The notes under the pieces were generated by a model. That model had not been told where the DNA came from and did no database searches. It was given only the letters and a program-made list of their open reading frames with translations. From assembly GCA_964016885.1 (NCBI GenBank), contig OZ024743.1, positions 17,670,001-17,734,000 on the forward strand: DNA of 64,000 bases, given 5' to 3'. Positions within the stretch are counted from its first letter, which is position 1, and every line of letters starts with the position of its first letter. Below, piece by piece: positions 1 to 11,955 of this stretch. This DNA is from Eledone cirrhosa. Taxonomy: Eukaryota. A program made the translations under genes and the position numbers.

Positions 1-1434
1 CAAGCCATTCTCTCTGCTCAGTTCCTCCAGTTCCAGCTCGCTTATCCACCCATTAGTTCTTATTACCCGAGCCTGCCCGGCCAATTTTTGTTCATCTAAT
101 TTAAATAAACCAATCTCGTTCCAGATGTTATGCATCCGTCTCCTGTAGCCCCTCTCCTTGGGGTTACTTTTCAGGTAGCATTGCATAACACTTCTATTCA
201 ATTCTTTCGTCCAGTTGGTTCTGGCCCCTTTCCTTCTTCTTCTTCCTCCTCCAACATCAGCAGTATTTGGTTGACAGTCAGGTTCCTGCTGCTGAGCCAG
301 GGGGCACCTGTTGGGTGAGAGTCTGTCACATGACGTTCTAGTCTCCATTTCACCGTTATTCGAACTGTTTATATTCGATATTTAAACACTCTTATCGAGG
401 ATTGGCGAATGTATGTTTACATAGCCATCTGTGGATCCGCCATCCCACTTGGCCCTTGTGTGGCATTATCACCACGCTGTATACGAACACACATAAACAA
501 ACAAACACACGGGCAGAAAGGGCCCCAAAAATGAATAAGCATAAGTTTCATTGTAATGTAGTATTCGAATGTCTGACTTAGTTTTTGTTTTTTAAGTTTT
601 ACTTTTTCCCCCCTCTTCTCTGTCCGTCCGCCTGCTTCTCTCTTCATTCTTATTTTCTTTACGTTTTGGGGGTTTCTTTTTTTGTTTTTGTTTTTCTCTG
701 TTTGTTTTTCTCGTGTTTGCTGTTGTTGCTGTGCTGCTTTGGTTTTGTTGTTTGTTTTTTCTTTTTTCTTTTGAGTCTATCTATATATTTTGATGCCTTC
801 CTCTTTGTTAGTAGTAGGAATTCTATAATGTGGAAGTAGCAGCCAGCAGGGAGAAGTGGGAGACTGGCGGCGGTAGCGATACTGAGACAGTGGTGGTGGT
901 GATGTCGATACCGAGGCAGTGGTGGCGGTGATGCGACCGTATTACTGTAGTGATGGTTCTGTAGCGGTGGCAGCAGTGAAGGAGTCAAGGGGTGGTGGCG
1001 GCGGTGATGGGATAGTGGTGGTAATGATGGCCGTAGTGAGCGGTGGCGGTGAAGGTGAAAATGTCGTTATCTGGCTGTTGTGTTTAGTGTACACAGATGA
1101 TGGGTTGGGTGGTGTATCTAGTTTCTGGTGTTGGTGAGTTTAGCTGTCCTATATAGTGTAGCCAGAGGAGAGGAGGGGGGGGGGGGGGTCTTCTTCCATT
1201 TATAGCCATTTTCTTTTTTGGATATACAGTGTACAATACAAAGTTGAATATTTGAATATTTGAGCCTTATAACAATATATTTTGGGTCCGAATTTTTTGG
1301 GGCTCAAGCCAGGTGCTTTACGTAGCATTTGTACTAAGAGTTGTTATTTCACAAATGATTTAAATATGTTAAAAATTCAAAACTTACGGGAGCGATTTCA
1401 TGACCTCCGTCACCTCGTGCGTCTTCTTCCCTTA
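1..1434 (-). mobile_element. 5' part of an R4/Dong-type non-LTR retrotransposon, family A (long 5'UTR plus ORF N-terminus; continues beyond the window start)
   Basis: 1-828 is near-identical to 60747-61570, the N-terminus/5'UTR of the RT-RLE element at 57627-62168. The 5' end abuts (ATT)n. Confidence 0.9.

Positions 1435-1488
<54 letters not shown>
1435..1488 (+). repeat. (ATT)n microsatellite between head-to-head Dong and Tx1 5' ends
   Basis: Perfect ATT run. Confidence 0.98.
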
Positions 1489-4000
1489 TGTTGTTTTTGT
1501 TATCATTACGGCGGAGTAAGTTGGTTGAATTTTTATGAGTTATCGAAAGTTCTAATAATATTTTTTTACATCGGTGTGTAGTTAGAGAAACCCTCTGTCA
1601 ACGGTGTGTTTTTTTTAACTGTATCTAGCGCTCTTGAGGGTTAAATTAGCTTTTATTTACAATCATAACCCCAAAATGTTGTTTTAAAAAAACATGACGG
1701 ACAAAGAAAATTGTCCACAGGGAGGAACAGCGAGTTGTTCAGAGAGTGGAACAGTCATTTCCATCCAATCACAAGGCAAAGTAAAAGACAAGAGAAACAG
1801 CAGCAGCGACAGCGACAGTGGTAATGACATCAGCAGAAGCTCTTACTGGAACTGTAGTAGCAGTAGTGAAAATTATAACGAAACATTTCCTGCGTTACAG
1901 AAATCAAACACCATTACCACCCCAATAATAACAATTACATCAGCAACAACCACAAATAACCCAAAGAATAACACGTATAACAGCAGCAAAATAGAGGAAC
2001 AAGAAACAATCAAAAACACCGACGAGGGCAACAAAGACAAAACTAGTGACGTGTCAACACAAATGAAAACAAACACAATTTTCGCGAAAGCGACCAACAA
2101 GTTTAAGCAAATACACATCACTAACGAAGAGATAAAACAAGCAAGGTCTTGGTTAAAAAAAACCGGACACAGAGAAAGTCTCACCCGCCCAGCTGAGATA
2201 ATACGAAACAAACTTTTGTGGTCGGTCAGTTATCGCACAATCAGATCAAAATCCCAGCGAGTTGAATGGGCAAAAGAGTCACAGATCCAAAGAGCTAGGG
2301 TGCCGTCTGGGCACAGAAAACATATATAGCCCGGGGATCGAGATATGGCACTTTGGATGTGCTCTTCGCTACACCAGAGGAAGCCAGAGCAAACTCCATT
2401 GCACCACTCCACAGTGAGGAAATCACAATCATGCCCACATACTGCGGCCAAAGAATCGTGAGGGTTCGAGTTGGCCAAGTTCCACCCTCAGTGGAGATGG
2501 CGTGGTTGAGGCCGCCGTCCTCGCTGACGTTGAGGATTCAACAACCATACTCAACGTCATACGAATAAGACAGGAAAATTGGACAGGGTCGGGGATGGAG
2601 CTAATCATCCAAGCAAACCACGAAAGCGTTGAGACTATCCCCGATGTAATAGACCTGGACGACGTCAGCCATCTATCCGTGCCTGTCGAAGGTAGGCGCC
2701 CAAGATGTCATGGATGCGGTGACAAGATGCACCTTAAGGCATTCTGTCCCAAAATTACCAAAACAGGCACGCGCCCACCCCTTCTCCCCATGCCGTACCC
2801 CTCAACTGGAGCAGAAAACAAACAAAGAACACAGTGGCAGTAGAGAAATTACCATCCACAACAACAAAAACTCCATCTCTTTCACCACCCATAAAACCAA
2901 TGGATAGCATACCCTTCCATATATAGCCAGATCGGGCAAGAATTGCGATGAGGCCGAAGAGTGGAGAAATATTCCAACAAAAAAGGAAGAACACCCCCAC
3001 CCCCCCATCCCCACAAAAAAAAACAGAGGAAGAAAGAATCTTAAAATAAAAGAAAATGAAAACAACCCCACCTCCTCCACAACCATCAACAGCCACACCC
3101 CCACAATCGCCTAAACTCTCACCACCACCAACACCTACACCATCGCCACCATCACCACCACCACCACTACCACCACCCTTACCATCTACCCGATCGTCAC
3201 CTCCAACAACACGACAGCAAACACAGAAAACACCAACACCCAAACAGCAGACACAATACACAGCCATAGACACAGACAACACAAATATTTTAAATTACAT
3301 TCAACACCACACCAACATCACAGAAACAAACTACGTACAAACCACCAAAATTGCACCCCCGACACACATAAATATAATAGAAATTAAACAAACAAATTAT
3401 ATAACATTAAAAGAAATGTTCCACACATAAATTGGAGAGTACCGAGGGAACATCACCAAAATAATATTCACGGATATTCTCGTGGAAAAACCCACCAATG
3501 GTCGAAGGGATGGATCACCCACCCCCTTCCTAAAGGAGAGCAACAGGTAATTTTTTTTTTGCTTCTCCCCTCTAACTTGTTTTCCTCCTATCAAGGCCAA
3601 CATGGCTACTCCCAGAATAGGTAGCATTAATGTACGTAGTCTGGGTCGTCTTGGAAGCAGGAGCACCAGCTGAACGATCTCAGGTCGCTAAACATAGATG
3701 TTGTGGTCATCAGCGAGACCAGTATCTCCGAGGCACGGGCCTTCGCACCGATCTTCGGCGGCTACGATATGTACGCATCTTCCAGCCGTCCTGGATCAGA
3801 GAGGGTGGGATGCTCTGCATTTTCGGAGAGGTTTGGGTCTCGCCATACGGGCCATCTTCCTGGACCCAGAAGGTAAGTTGGTGGTGCTGGACGTGACCAG
3901 CGGAGATGGGCACGCTTTCAGGCTAGTGGCGTCTATGCCCCGAGAGGAGCAGCGCGGCCTGATTTCTTCCGGTGTCTGGAGACCTTTCTTGGAACGTCCC
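1489..4000 (+). mobile_element. Tx1/L1-clade LINE, degenerate 5' part (5'UTR, ORF1, start of ORF2 endonuclease), 3' truncated
   Basis: ORF1 pieces homologous to 44400-45812 (VSYRTI, YCGQRIVRV, CHGCGDKMHLKAFC). ORF2 start at 3602 matches MTSLRIGSIN. Homology ends at ttcttggaacgtccc. Confidence 0.9.
1694..3550 (+). pseudogene. Tx1 ORF1 (nucleic-acid chaperone with CCHC knuckle), disrupted
   Basis: ORFs 1694-2329, 2353-2568, 2502-2843 and 3056-3430 are colinear fragments; CX2CX4HX4C motif present. Confidence 0.85.
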
Positions 4001-4755
4001 GTAATTTATTCCGTGTGCTTACAAATGTTTCCACGCTGGCACTACAGCCTAGTTATGTTATGTGCAAATTTACACTATTTGCAGAACTCAATTGTAAAAG
4101 CTAAATTCTCTCACTATAAAATAACTTAACATTCGAACCCGTAACTATAACATCGCTTTCTAGCTAACCACCTTCTCTTCCCCCACACTACAAGACAATA
4201 CACTGCTTATCACTATAAATGGTAACTCAGTGCAATTCGCAGATTACTACTATGAACCCAAAGTTCACTCACCACATAGACTTCGTCTGTCCCCTCTCTA
4301 CCTCTCTCTCTGCATCCATTAAACTCTCTCTCTCTCTCTCTCTCGCCTTTGGCCTACCTCCCTCTCCACATATATGAACCTGCCCTCTGGGGCAACAAAT
4401 AATTACGACCTTAACTATCAACGCATCTCTCCAAAAGTAACCAGTATAATAAAACCTCTACCATCACATTTTGATTAAGATATCTACAAACCACTCTCTC
4501 CTATTTCTCCAACCCCTGCATATCTTTCTCTCTCTCTCCCTCTCCCCTACTTTTCTCTCTTCCTTTTCTACTCTATCTTCTCCAACAACCCCACTTAAGG
4601 GTATTTACATTGTACATATTACCATTCTGCTCTGAGGATACAGTGGTCGCAGCATTGGATATTTGAGTTCTGCAAATAGTTGTAAATTTGCACATAGCAT
4701 AACTAGGCTGTAGTACCACCGTGGAAACATTTGTAAGCACACGGAATAAATTACC
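4001..4755 (+). mobile_element. Penelope-like element remnant (inverted partial pseudo-LTR plus hammerhead)
   Basis: ~90 bp inverted repeat 4001-4092 / 4663-4754; hammerhead motif overlaps the right arm. Confidence 0.7.
4628..4739 (+). ncRNA. Type I hammerhead ribozyme with long stem II
   Basis: Stem I tgct/agca; core CTGAGGA (4632-4638); stem II tacagtggt..gcagc/gctgt..accaccgtg; GAAA (4724); short stem III ac-attt-gt; GUA cleavage triplet. Confidence 0.65.
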
Positions 4756-4933
4756 TTTTTATGATGTCTACCTGTTATTATTCATTCTTTATATACACTC
4801 CGGAATATAGAAGGATCAGGAAGTAAGTTTCTTCAACAATTCTTCCATAACTCGTAGAGTAACCTCTCACCGTACGTCAACCATATCCAGTGTAGTAATT
4901 AACCATTACTACATCTTGGATGATCCTATACCT

Positions 4934-4981
<48 letters not shown>

Positions 4982-4985
<4 letters not shown>

Positions 4986-5305
4986 ACAGTTTAGGTGAAA
5001 ATAAAATCCATTTTGCCTATTCAGTAGTGAAACATTTTATTATGACTTGAAGACAAATAACACGAGACATAAACAATGTATCATCTCATATTGCATAGAC
5101 TAGTGCAAACCATGATAAGCGTGCAAATACTTTCCTCTCTTTAAAAAAGCTTCAAGCTCAGGCATCGCTTGATATGTGACATTTATTTCAATGATTGGTG
5201 TTGCTGACCACAGGCAAGTCCCTGGCATGACCAAAACGCCAAGTCCGTGATGCTCATACTTAAGTATGAAGCGACGTCATTAAAAGAAATCAAGTTAAAG
5301 CGATC

Positions 5306-5379
<74 letters not shown>

Positions 5380-5601
5380 TTGCGTATGACTGTATATATG
5401 TATGTATTTAGTCGGGTAGGAGACATATATGTTTAAACATGAGCATAGATATATAATACATGCAGGAATGTTGGTAGACATTTATATACTATCTCGACAA
5501 ACTTAGAAACGTAGCTTAATTACTTATTTATTTAGTTAAGTTCTCCGGACTAAGAAGAACAATTAGGTAAATATTATCTGGTTGTCCTTCGAACTTATAT
5601 A

Positions 5602-5654
<53 letters not shown>

Positions 5655-5784
5655 ACAGTTTCGGTGAAATTAAAATGTTGCCTATTCTGTAGTGAAATAT
5701 GTTATTATGCCTTGACAAATACCACATCAGACATGAACAATATATCGTATCATATTGCAGAGACTAGTGCAAACCATGATAAGC
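4982..5784. repeat. Diverged ~135 bp direct repeat (4982-5120, 5651-5784), each copy directly after a (TA)n tract
   Basis: atcaacagttt.ggtgaaa...gactagtgcaaaccatgataagc occurs twice. Confidence 0.8.
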
Positions 5785-6542
5785 TGAGTAATTGAAGATA
5801 CTATATTCGGAAAACCGAAATTTTATGAAATCTCTGTTCATGTAGAAGAAGCTTGAACATATTTATTGTTTGTAACAATAGGTGGTCATGCAGGATATGC
5901 ATACATATATATATACATATATATCAAAAGTATAACTGAGAAAAATGTCCATTGCTAGGCCTCTGTTTGCTCTATTTTGGTAGCCATTATTTATACAGTG
6001 TCTAACATACTTAGATTTTCTGTGAATTCGATAGCTAATCAATACGCCCATGTATCATAATTAAAGCAACAATATATAACAAATCAATATAAATATTTAT
6101 TATTGGTACATTTTATATATTTTAGAAAACGATTTCTATTTTGCTGTTTAATGTATCAAATGAAATGATGTATATATCAACCTATAAACGCAGATATAAA
6201 ATACTAGCAGATTTACCCGGCGTTGCCCGGGCTTTGAAATTATAAGCAGAAGTCTTCAATAAATAATGCAAACGAATATTTAGTACAATCTTTGTACACA
6301 AAAAACTATACTGACAATGAAGGAAAACACTGAACAGAATGTAGTTATACAAATGATTAAAGACAATACACGTTGCAAATCTGTAAAAAAAACAGGCAGT
6401 TTTGCTAAAGTACACAAAGTTGTAATGAAAGCAGAGTGGTATACAAAGAAATATCAATGAGAGTAGAATAAGAGAAAATCTATTATTTGATGTGTATGGT
6501 TAAATTTTGAACTTATAATCAAAAATATCCTGCATGACATAT

Positions 6543-8090
6543 TCATCGGTATGTTTTGTAATGAATAAGGTGAAATAAAACAGAACTGTAATAAGAAAGC
6601 ACTTTAGGATAGACGATATTCCGTGAGCAGGCAACGTAGAATGGTCCGTGCGAAAAATAAGGCTCATCCAAGTGAATTCCAGCGACGGACAGAGTTTGAC
6701 CTTGCGACTTGTTTATGGAGATCGCAAAGGCAACACGAAGCGGAAATTGGATGCGGCGAAAGGAGAAGGGAGTATTCACACCTGATGTAGTCAGGCTAAT
6801 TTTTGTTATTATCACATCCTCGACTTTTACACATCCGGGTAGAATGGTAGCGTCAATACTAAGTGGAGACAGTTTTTTAACCACAAGGCGTGTACCATTG
6901 CATAGTTTTGGAGGAGTGTTATTTCTCAGCAAAATAACGGGCGTTCCCTCTTTCAAAACCAATGTATTAAGAAGTAAACCAGGAGGACTTAAAGAATTTA
7001 GAAATTCAACTTGATAATTAACCGCATCCTGTGGTTCGCATACAGTATCAATGGATTTATATATCGGTGGACATCCAGGATGAAGCTGAAGAAGCTGGTC
7101 GTTAATACAGCTAACCGTGATATATTGGGGTGCAAGAATGGCTCTTTCGCATACCCAATCAATATTCGTATAGTTATCACGCAAGTTCGGGAGTACACTC
7201 GCTTTGAGATCATCGACAGTTCCAACTATCTTGCAGATGTGATCAAATGCTATGTGTCCATCTGTATCCGGAGGTAGGTTACCATCTCCTATTGTAAGAA
7301 TGTCTCTAGAAAATGTTGATGACAGAGGGTCCCCATGCAACCTTGCACGCATGTTGGTAGTTAGTCTTAATGATGTCACTTGTCGCCACAATGGTGAAGT
7401 CTTAAGACATGCATTTACCGCATCAGCTCTTGTTCCTTTTGATATTATAGGAAGAGTCTGTCTGAAGTCTCCTGATAGCAGAAGGCCGACACCCCCCATA
7501 ACATCACTGCAATCCCGTATGTCTTGCAAAGACCTGTCTAGTGCATCAAGAGCACCTTTGTGCGCCATTGTGTACTCATCAAAACAATAAGGTGACACCT
7601 TCGCAGCAGATGAGCCCTTTCGGAGTCTTTGGTGATATGACCAGTAGGAGTTACCAATTTTGCCAAATCAAGGGACAATTAAAAAATTTAATGTGCCGTC
7701 CATCCATCAGGGAGCAAAGTTGCTGCGATTCCAGAGAACGCAACTGCTATTGCTGTCTCCTTACTCTGTCTAACCTTTGCAAGAAGAAGTTCAGTAACGT
7801 AAGTTTCCCTGTCCTCCCTGGAGCATCGGGGAAAAATATGCCACCTCTTCTTTGAAATACCGATTCAGTAATGGTGGTATACGCCAGTCACTGATCAACT
7901 AGAAGTTTTGGCTCATTATCTGTGACGTACAGGCTGAAATCATGGATGTAATAAGAAGTCTCCTGTATGATATCTGAGGTAAGTTTGTTTGAGTCCGTGC
8001 GATGAGTTTCTGGTAAACCGTAGTCGCGTAAAACATTTCCCAAATCAGAGCTAACTTTTCCTCAATATCAATGAGAGCTCTGTTGTATAA
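6543..8090 (-). pseudogene. Helitron Pif1-family (SF1) helicase, frameshifted
   Basis: ORF 6543-7598 has DE, GDFRQTLP, LTTNMRA, LCNGTRL, QFPLRVAFAISINKSQGQTL and YVACSR. A degenerate Walker A (DAPG.TGKT-like) lies near 7800-7830 on -. Confidence 0.9.
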
Positions 8091-8096
8091 TCTTTT

Positions 8097-9322
8097 TCTT
8101 TATATATATAACAGCGAGGATGTGTGTGTGTGTGTGTGTGTGTGTACAACTTTGGATACCTAAGCCTTTTACAATTATCAACCGAATTTGACCAAATGTT
8201 CTGTGCCCGTTGCACAGGTCGCTAATATGGTCACATCACAAACAGTTTTAAAATCGACCCATGTTGAGCAATAACAAATCGATAACAAAATTATCCGTAG
8301 CAAAATTGATGTAAGGGAGATAACCAACTTTATTGACAATCCTTATAAAAAAGGGAGATAACCAACTTTTCAGAAATATAAACATCAGATTCATTTAAAG
8401 ATTAATGTTATCGTTTGTTTCTTGTTTATTATTTGTTGCACTTTCAAAGTTAAAAACACAATTGTTGTTTTAACTTGTTTCACTATATTAAGTGTTAATT
8501 TTCGCGTTAAAGGCCTATTCTCGCTGCAGTCCCGAATTTCAGAGATTTTGATGATGGTTTGTTTATTTTTAGAACAATCGCTATGGGACTTTCCATTCAA
8601 ACATACTGGGACCTACAACTTTTACATTTTTAAAACTTTCGTAAGCCATGTTGATACAAACAAAATTGTTGCACTTTCAAAGTTAAAAAAACACTTGTTG
8701 CTTTAACTTGTTTCACTAAGGGCCTAATCTCGCAGCAGTCTCGAATTGACAAACCATCATGAAAATCACGTCAATTCGAGACTGCTGCGAGATTACGCCC
8801 TTACCGCATATAGTGAAACAAGTTAAAACATCAAGTTTTTTTTTAACTTTGAAAGTGCAACACATTTTTGTTTGTATCAACATGGCTTATGAAAGTAGCG
8901 ATACCGACTTTGAAGGTTTTACACAGGACGACATTCAGAATAAACAAGAAACAAACGATAATATTAATGATTTATCTTTAAATGAATCTGATGTTTATAT
9001 TTCTGAAATTTCGTCCGAAGATGATTGTTGTTTTGAAAGTGAAAACGAAGGTCTCCATATCTCCCCTCTCTCACTCTCTTTATAAGGATTCTCAATAATG
9101 TTCGTTATCTCCCTTACACTTTAGAAAAAATAATTTTGCTACCGATAATTTTGTTATCAATTTTTTATTGCTCAACTTGGGTTGATTTTAAAACTGTTTG
9201 TGATGTGACCATCTTAGCGACCTGTGCAATGGGCACAGAAAATTTGGTTGGTAATTGTAAAAGCCTTAGGTATCCAAAGTTGTACACAGACACACACGCA
9301 TCCTCGCTTTTATATATATAGA
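8097..9322. repeat. ~1.2 kb imperfect palindrome made of two opposed Helitron 5' ends, centre ~8760
   Basis: 8097-8420 is the reverse complement of ~8935-9322; 8635-8750 is the reverse complement of 8770-8897. Confidence 0.85.
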
Positions 9323-9721
9323 TATCCAGATATTGCAAGAAAATGTCGTATTTAAATACACAAAATCACAAAACCTTCCGTGATCATGAAGAGTAAATTT
9401 ATAGCAGGTGAAATTAAAGGGGTGGTATTACGTCATTTGGAGCGTTGAAAATTTCTAATGCGTGCAAATATAGTTCTAGCGATGTATTTATATTATTAAA
9501 TACGCAGAACAAATACTTTCACTACGTGTTTAGAAGATTGTGCGTATCAAGGTAATAATGATACTGCAAATAATACTAATGGTATTGATAATAATAATAA
9601 TAATAATACTGTAGATGATGATGATTGTGATGACAATGACATTGACAATAATGATTAAGAGGATAATTATGATGATGACGTTGATAGTGATAGTCGCAAT
9701 TATAATAATCATATTTACAGA

Positions 9722-9815
9722 TTGAGGCACAAAGCAAATACTTTGGGTGAGAAGAAAGTCGATTATATCAAGCTCAGTGCATTACTGGTATTTAGATTAT
9801 TGAAACCGTAAGGCA
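9722..9815 (+). mobile_element. Degenerate SINE-like dispersed repeat fragment (relatives at ~10925-10960 and 16255-16328)
   Basis: Shared ggcacaaggccagcaa / cagt.cattactggta..tt..ttat.ga..ccgtaagg motifs; resembles abundant Octopus SINEs (from recall). Confidence 0.5.
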
Positions 9816-9863
9816 CCTTTTCTTCTTTGCAGGGCTGATTTAATCTACAGTCCCTTTCCTAAT

Positions 9864-9900
<37 letters not shown>

Positions 9901-9904
9901 CATA

Positions 9905-10816
9905 ATAATATTGTTTTCTTTACCACAAGGGTTGTCATAAAGTATAACATGAACGACATCACAGGATGGTACAAATGGGCATTTCCTCGTGTAAAGAAAA
10001 GACAAAAGAAATGACCAAAAAAGGAACAAAGGAAAATTCCCGAATAGGGGGGAGATTTCCGGCGGACACTGTGGAGAAAGTCCATGGTGACCCTGACTAC
10101 CAGGGAAAGTGCCCTATCCCAGTTTACCACTTTCAATTTACAGGCGCGTACTCAGAGCGGGCCCTTAACGCGGGCCATGTTTGCCTTTGTCACCCATCTT
10201 TGAAGAAATTGGTGGGAACAGAGCACTTCCCTCTCCATCCTGATTTTCCTTTTCAAATGAAATTTGAAAAGGTTAATCCGGGCATCACAAAAGAGGTAAG
10301 TGCTCGTCTCCAGCACTACAAACGTATCCACCACACGATCTCTTTCGCCATGGCCACCAGGCAGATAAAGGCTGATTGCCCTTCCTGGCTAAAGGAAGAC
10401 ACCGGAGCAATCCTAACGATGGTCTCAGCTGATAACCGGAACCTTCCTACACGCGAGAGCATGTGTTCGAATTAACCCACAAGTCAGAAAGGCTCGGACA
10501 CTGGACGAGTGCGTGCAGGACGTCACCCTGCGCGCATCTCGGACAGGCCCTCTGACGACACTTCCATGGCTGTAGACTTTATCCCGAACTTCCAAAGCTC
10601 TCGGTAGCACTGCCAGTGATTTCTGGAAGTTGTCCATGGGTCTCAGCCCGAAACTTCTCCCGAAGAGATTCGCTGGTTTATTTTCGTCGACGCCTAGTCT
10701 CCCCAAGGATGTTGTTGCTTTTTCCCTCCACTAGCCCGCTATAGAACGCCAAGGTGGAGTTTCCAACGATCGCATTGCCCGATTGGTCGAGGGCTGTAAG
10801 CAGCCGAAGACATTCC
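9905..10816 (-). mobile_element. Tx1-clade 3' fragment (5' truncated, old)
   Basis: - strand encodes PMDNFQKSLA, GNSTLAFY.GLVEGKS. 3'UTR ends ccttgtggtaaagaaaacaat followed by ATTATT and (GTT)n on the element strand. Confidence 0.9.
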
Positions 10817-10974
10817 AGTAACAATAAAATGTCTGAATGAAAAAGCAACCATTCTCTGGGATATGCCAAAACATACAGACAGAGAGATCAAAGATAAGCG
10901 ACCAGATATAGTTTAAAAAATAATGGTTTCTTTTATTGGCTCAAGGCCAGCAATTTTGATGATACAGGCCTGAA

Positions 10975-11102
10975 AATACAGAAGATATGTCTTCCCATGA
11001 GAACAGGCTGTAGCATAAATATAGTATCCCCCACGTTCATGCCAGGTCAACTCATCTAACATATAGTGTCGTGGAAAAATGGTCATTAAACTGTGATGAT
11101 AA

Positions 11103-11159
<57 letters not shown>

Positions 11160-11160
11160 T
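10975..11160 (+). mobile_element. Probable SINE/RTE-type 3' end with (GAT)n tail
   Basis: ...gtggaaaaatggtcattaaac followed by a (GAT)n run. Confidence 0.4.
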
Positions 11161-11435
11161 TGTTGTTGATATACCTGTATACAAAGATTTATAAATGAAA
11201 ATATGAACTTTCTTTTGACTAAACAAATTATGGAAAGATTTGTTAATACAATTTATATTTTTATTTTTATTCTCGACTCTGAGTGATTTTCTAAAAAGTC
11301 AAATATTCCTGATGAAGTGGTGAGCGTCTTTAATTAATTAAACCCCTGTAATTTTAAGAGTGTCCTTTAATTATCCGTACACACATATATAAATTATATA
11401 AATACATGCGGCTATGTATATGTATATATATATAT
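11100..11435. repeat. Left arm of a diverged long-range inverted repeat (partner 16890-17125)
   Basis: cctgatgaagtggtgagc...aaacccctgtaattttaaga.tgtcctttaatt occurs reverse-complemented at 16945-17025; flanks also align. Confidence 0.75.
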
Positions 11436-11520
11436 GTATGTAAAAAATAGCGGAACAAGCGGTTATCAAGCAATTCTCTAAATAAATTAAAAAACGCTTT
11501 AAATAATCACCTGTTCTATT

Positions 11521-11601
11521 GCTGTTACCGACGGTTTCATCATTCCAAAAGATTGGAAATCCAAAGAATTTCCAATGGAAAGAAATGAATCTTCAGACAG
11601 C
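11521..11601 (-). ncRNA. Type I hammerhead ribozyme (inverted copy, intact core)
   Basis: Reverse complement of 11876-11955. Confidence 0.8.
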
Positions 11602-11875
11602 TTATTTCCACACTATAAGGTTGCTAGCCTTACAGTAAGTAAATATTTTGCTTCCTGTCCAACGCATGCGGTCAAGCCGTTAAAATGACACACACGCAAA
11701 ATCAGGTCGCAGATAATAGCTGTTTATTATAAACATGTTGATATTGCCACTAAAATTAGCAGCATTATTAAACGTTTTGTTCTCTACATAACGATAAAAA
11801 TTATAAAAGTGGATGAATACTTCAATATGTACTTTTACTTACTGTAAGGCTAGCAACCTTATAGTGTGGAAATAA

Positions 11876-11955
11876 GCTGTCTGAAGATTCATTTCTTTCC
11901 ATTGGAAATTCTTTGGATTTCCAATCTTTGGAATGATGAAACCGTCGGTAACAGC
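11876..11955 (+). ncRNA. Type I hammerhead ribozyme
   Basis: Stem I gctgt/acagc; core CTGAAGA; stem II tcatt/aatga with inner attggaaat/atttccaat; GAAA; near-palindromic stem III accgtcggt; GUA. Copies 2 and 3 have a mutated core, CTGCAGA. Confidence 0.85.

Larger units (their letters stand above)
6204..9322 (-). mobile_element. Helitron, internally deleted
   Basis: On -, 5' A|TCTATATATATAAAAGCG at 9322; 3' hairpin cccgg-gcaacg-ccggg then CTAG|T at 6204; Pif1 helicase inside. Confidence 0.85.

Noticed and set aside
6543-7598. Host PIF1 gene
   Set aside because: Intronless, frameshifted and enclosed by Helitron termini
11305-11345. Further hammerhead or C/D-box snoRNA at cctgatga
   Set aside because: No matching GAAA/stem set and no convincing D box or terminal stem
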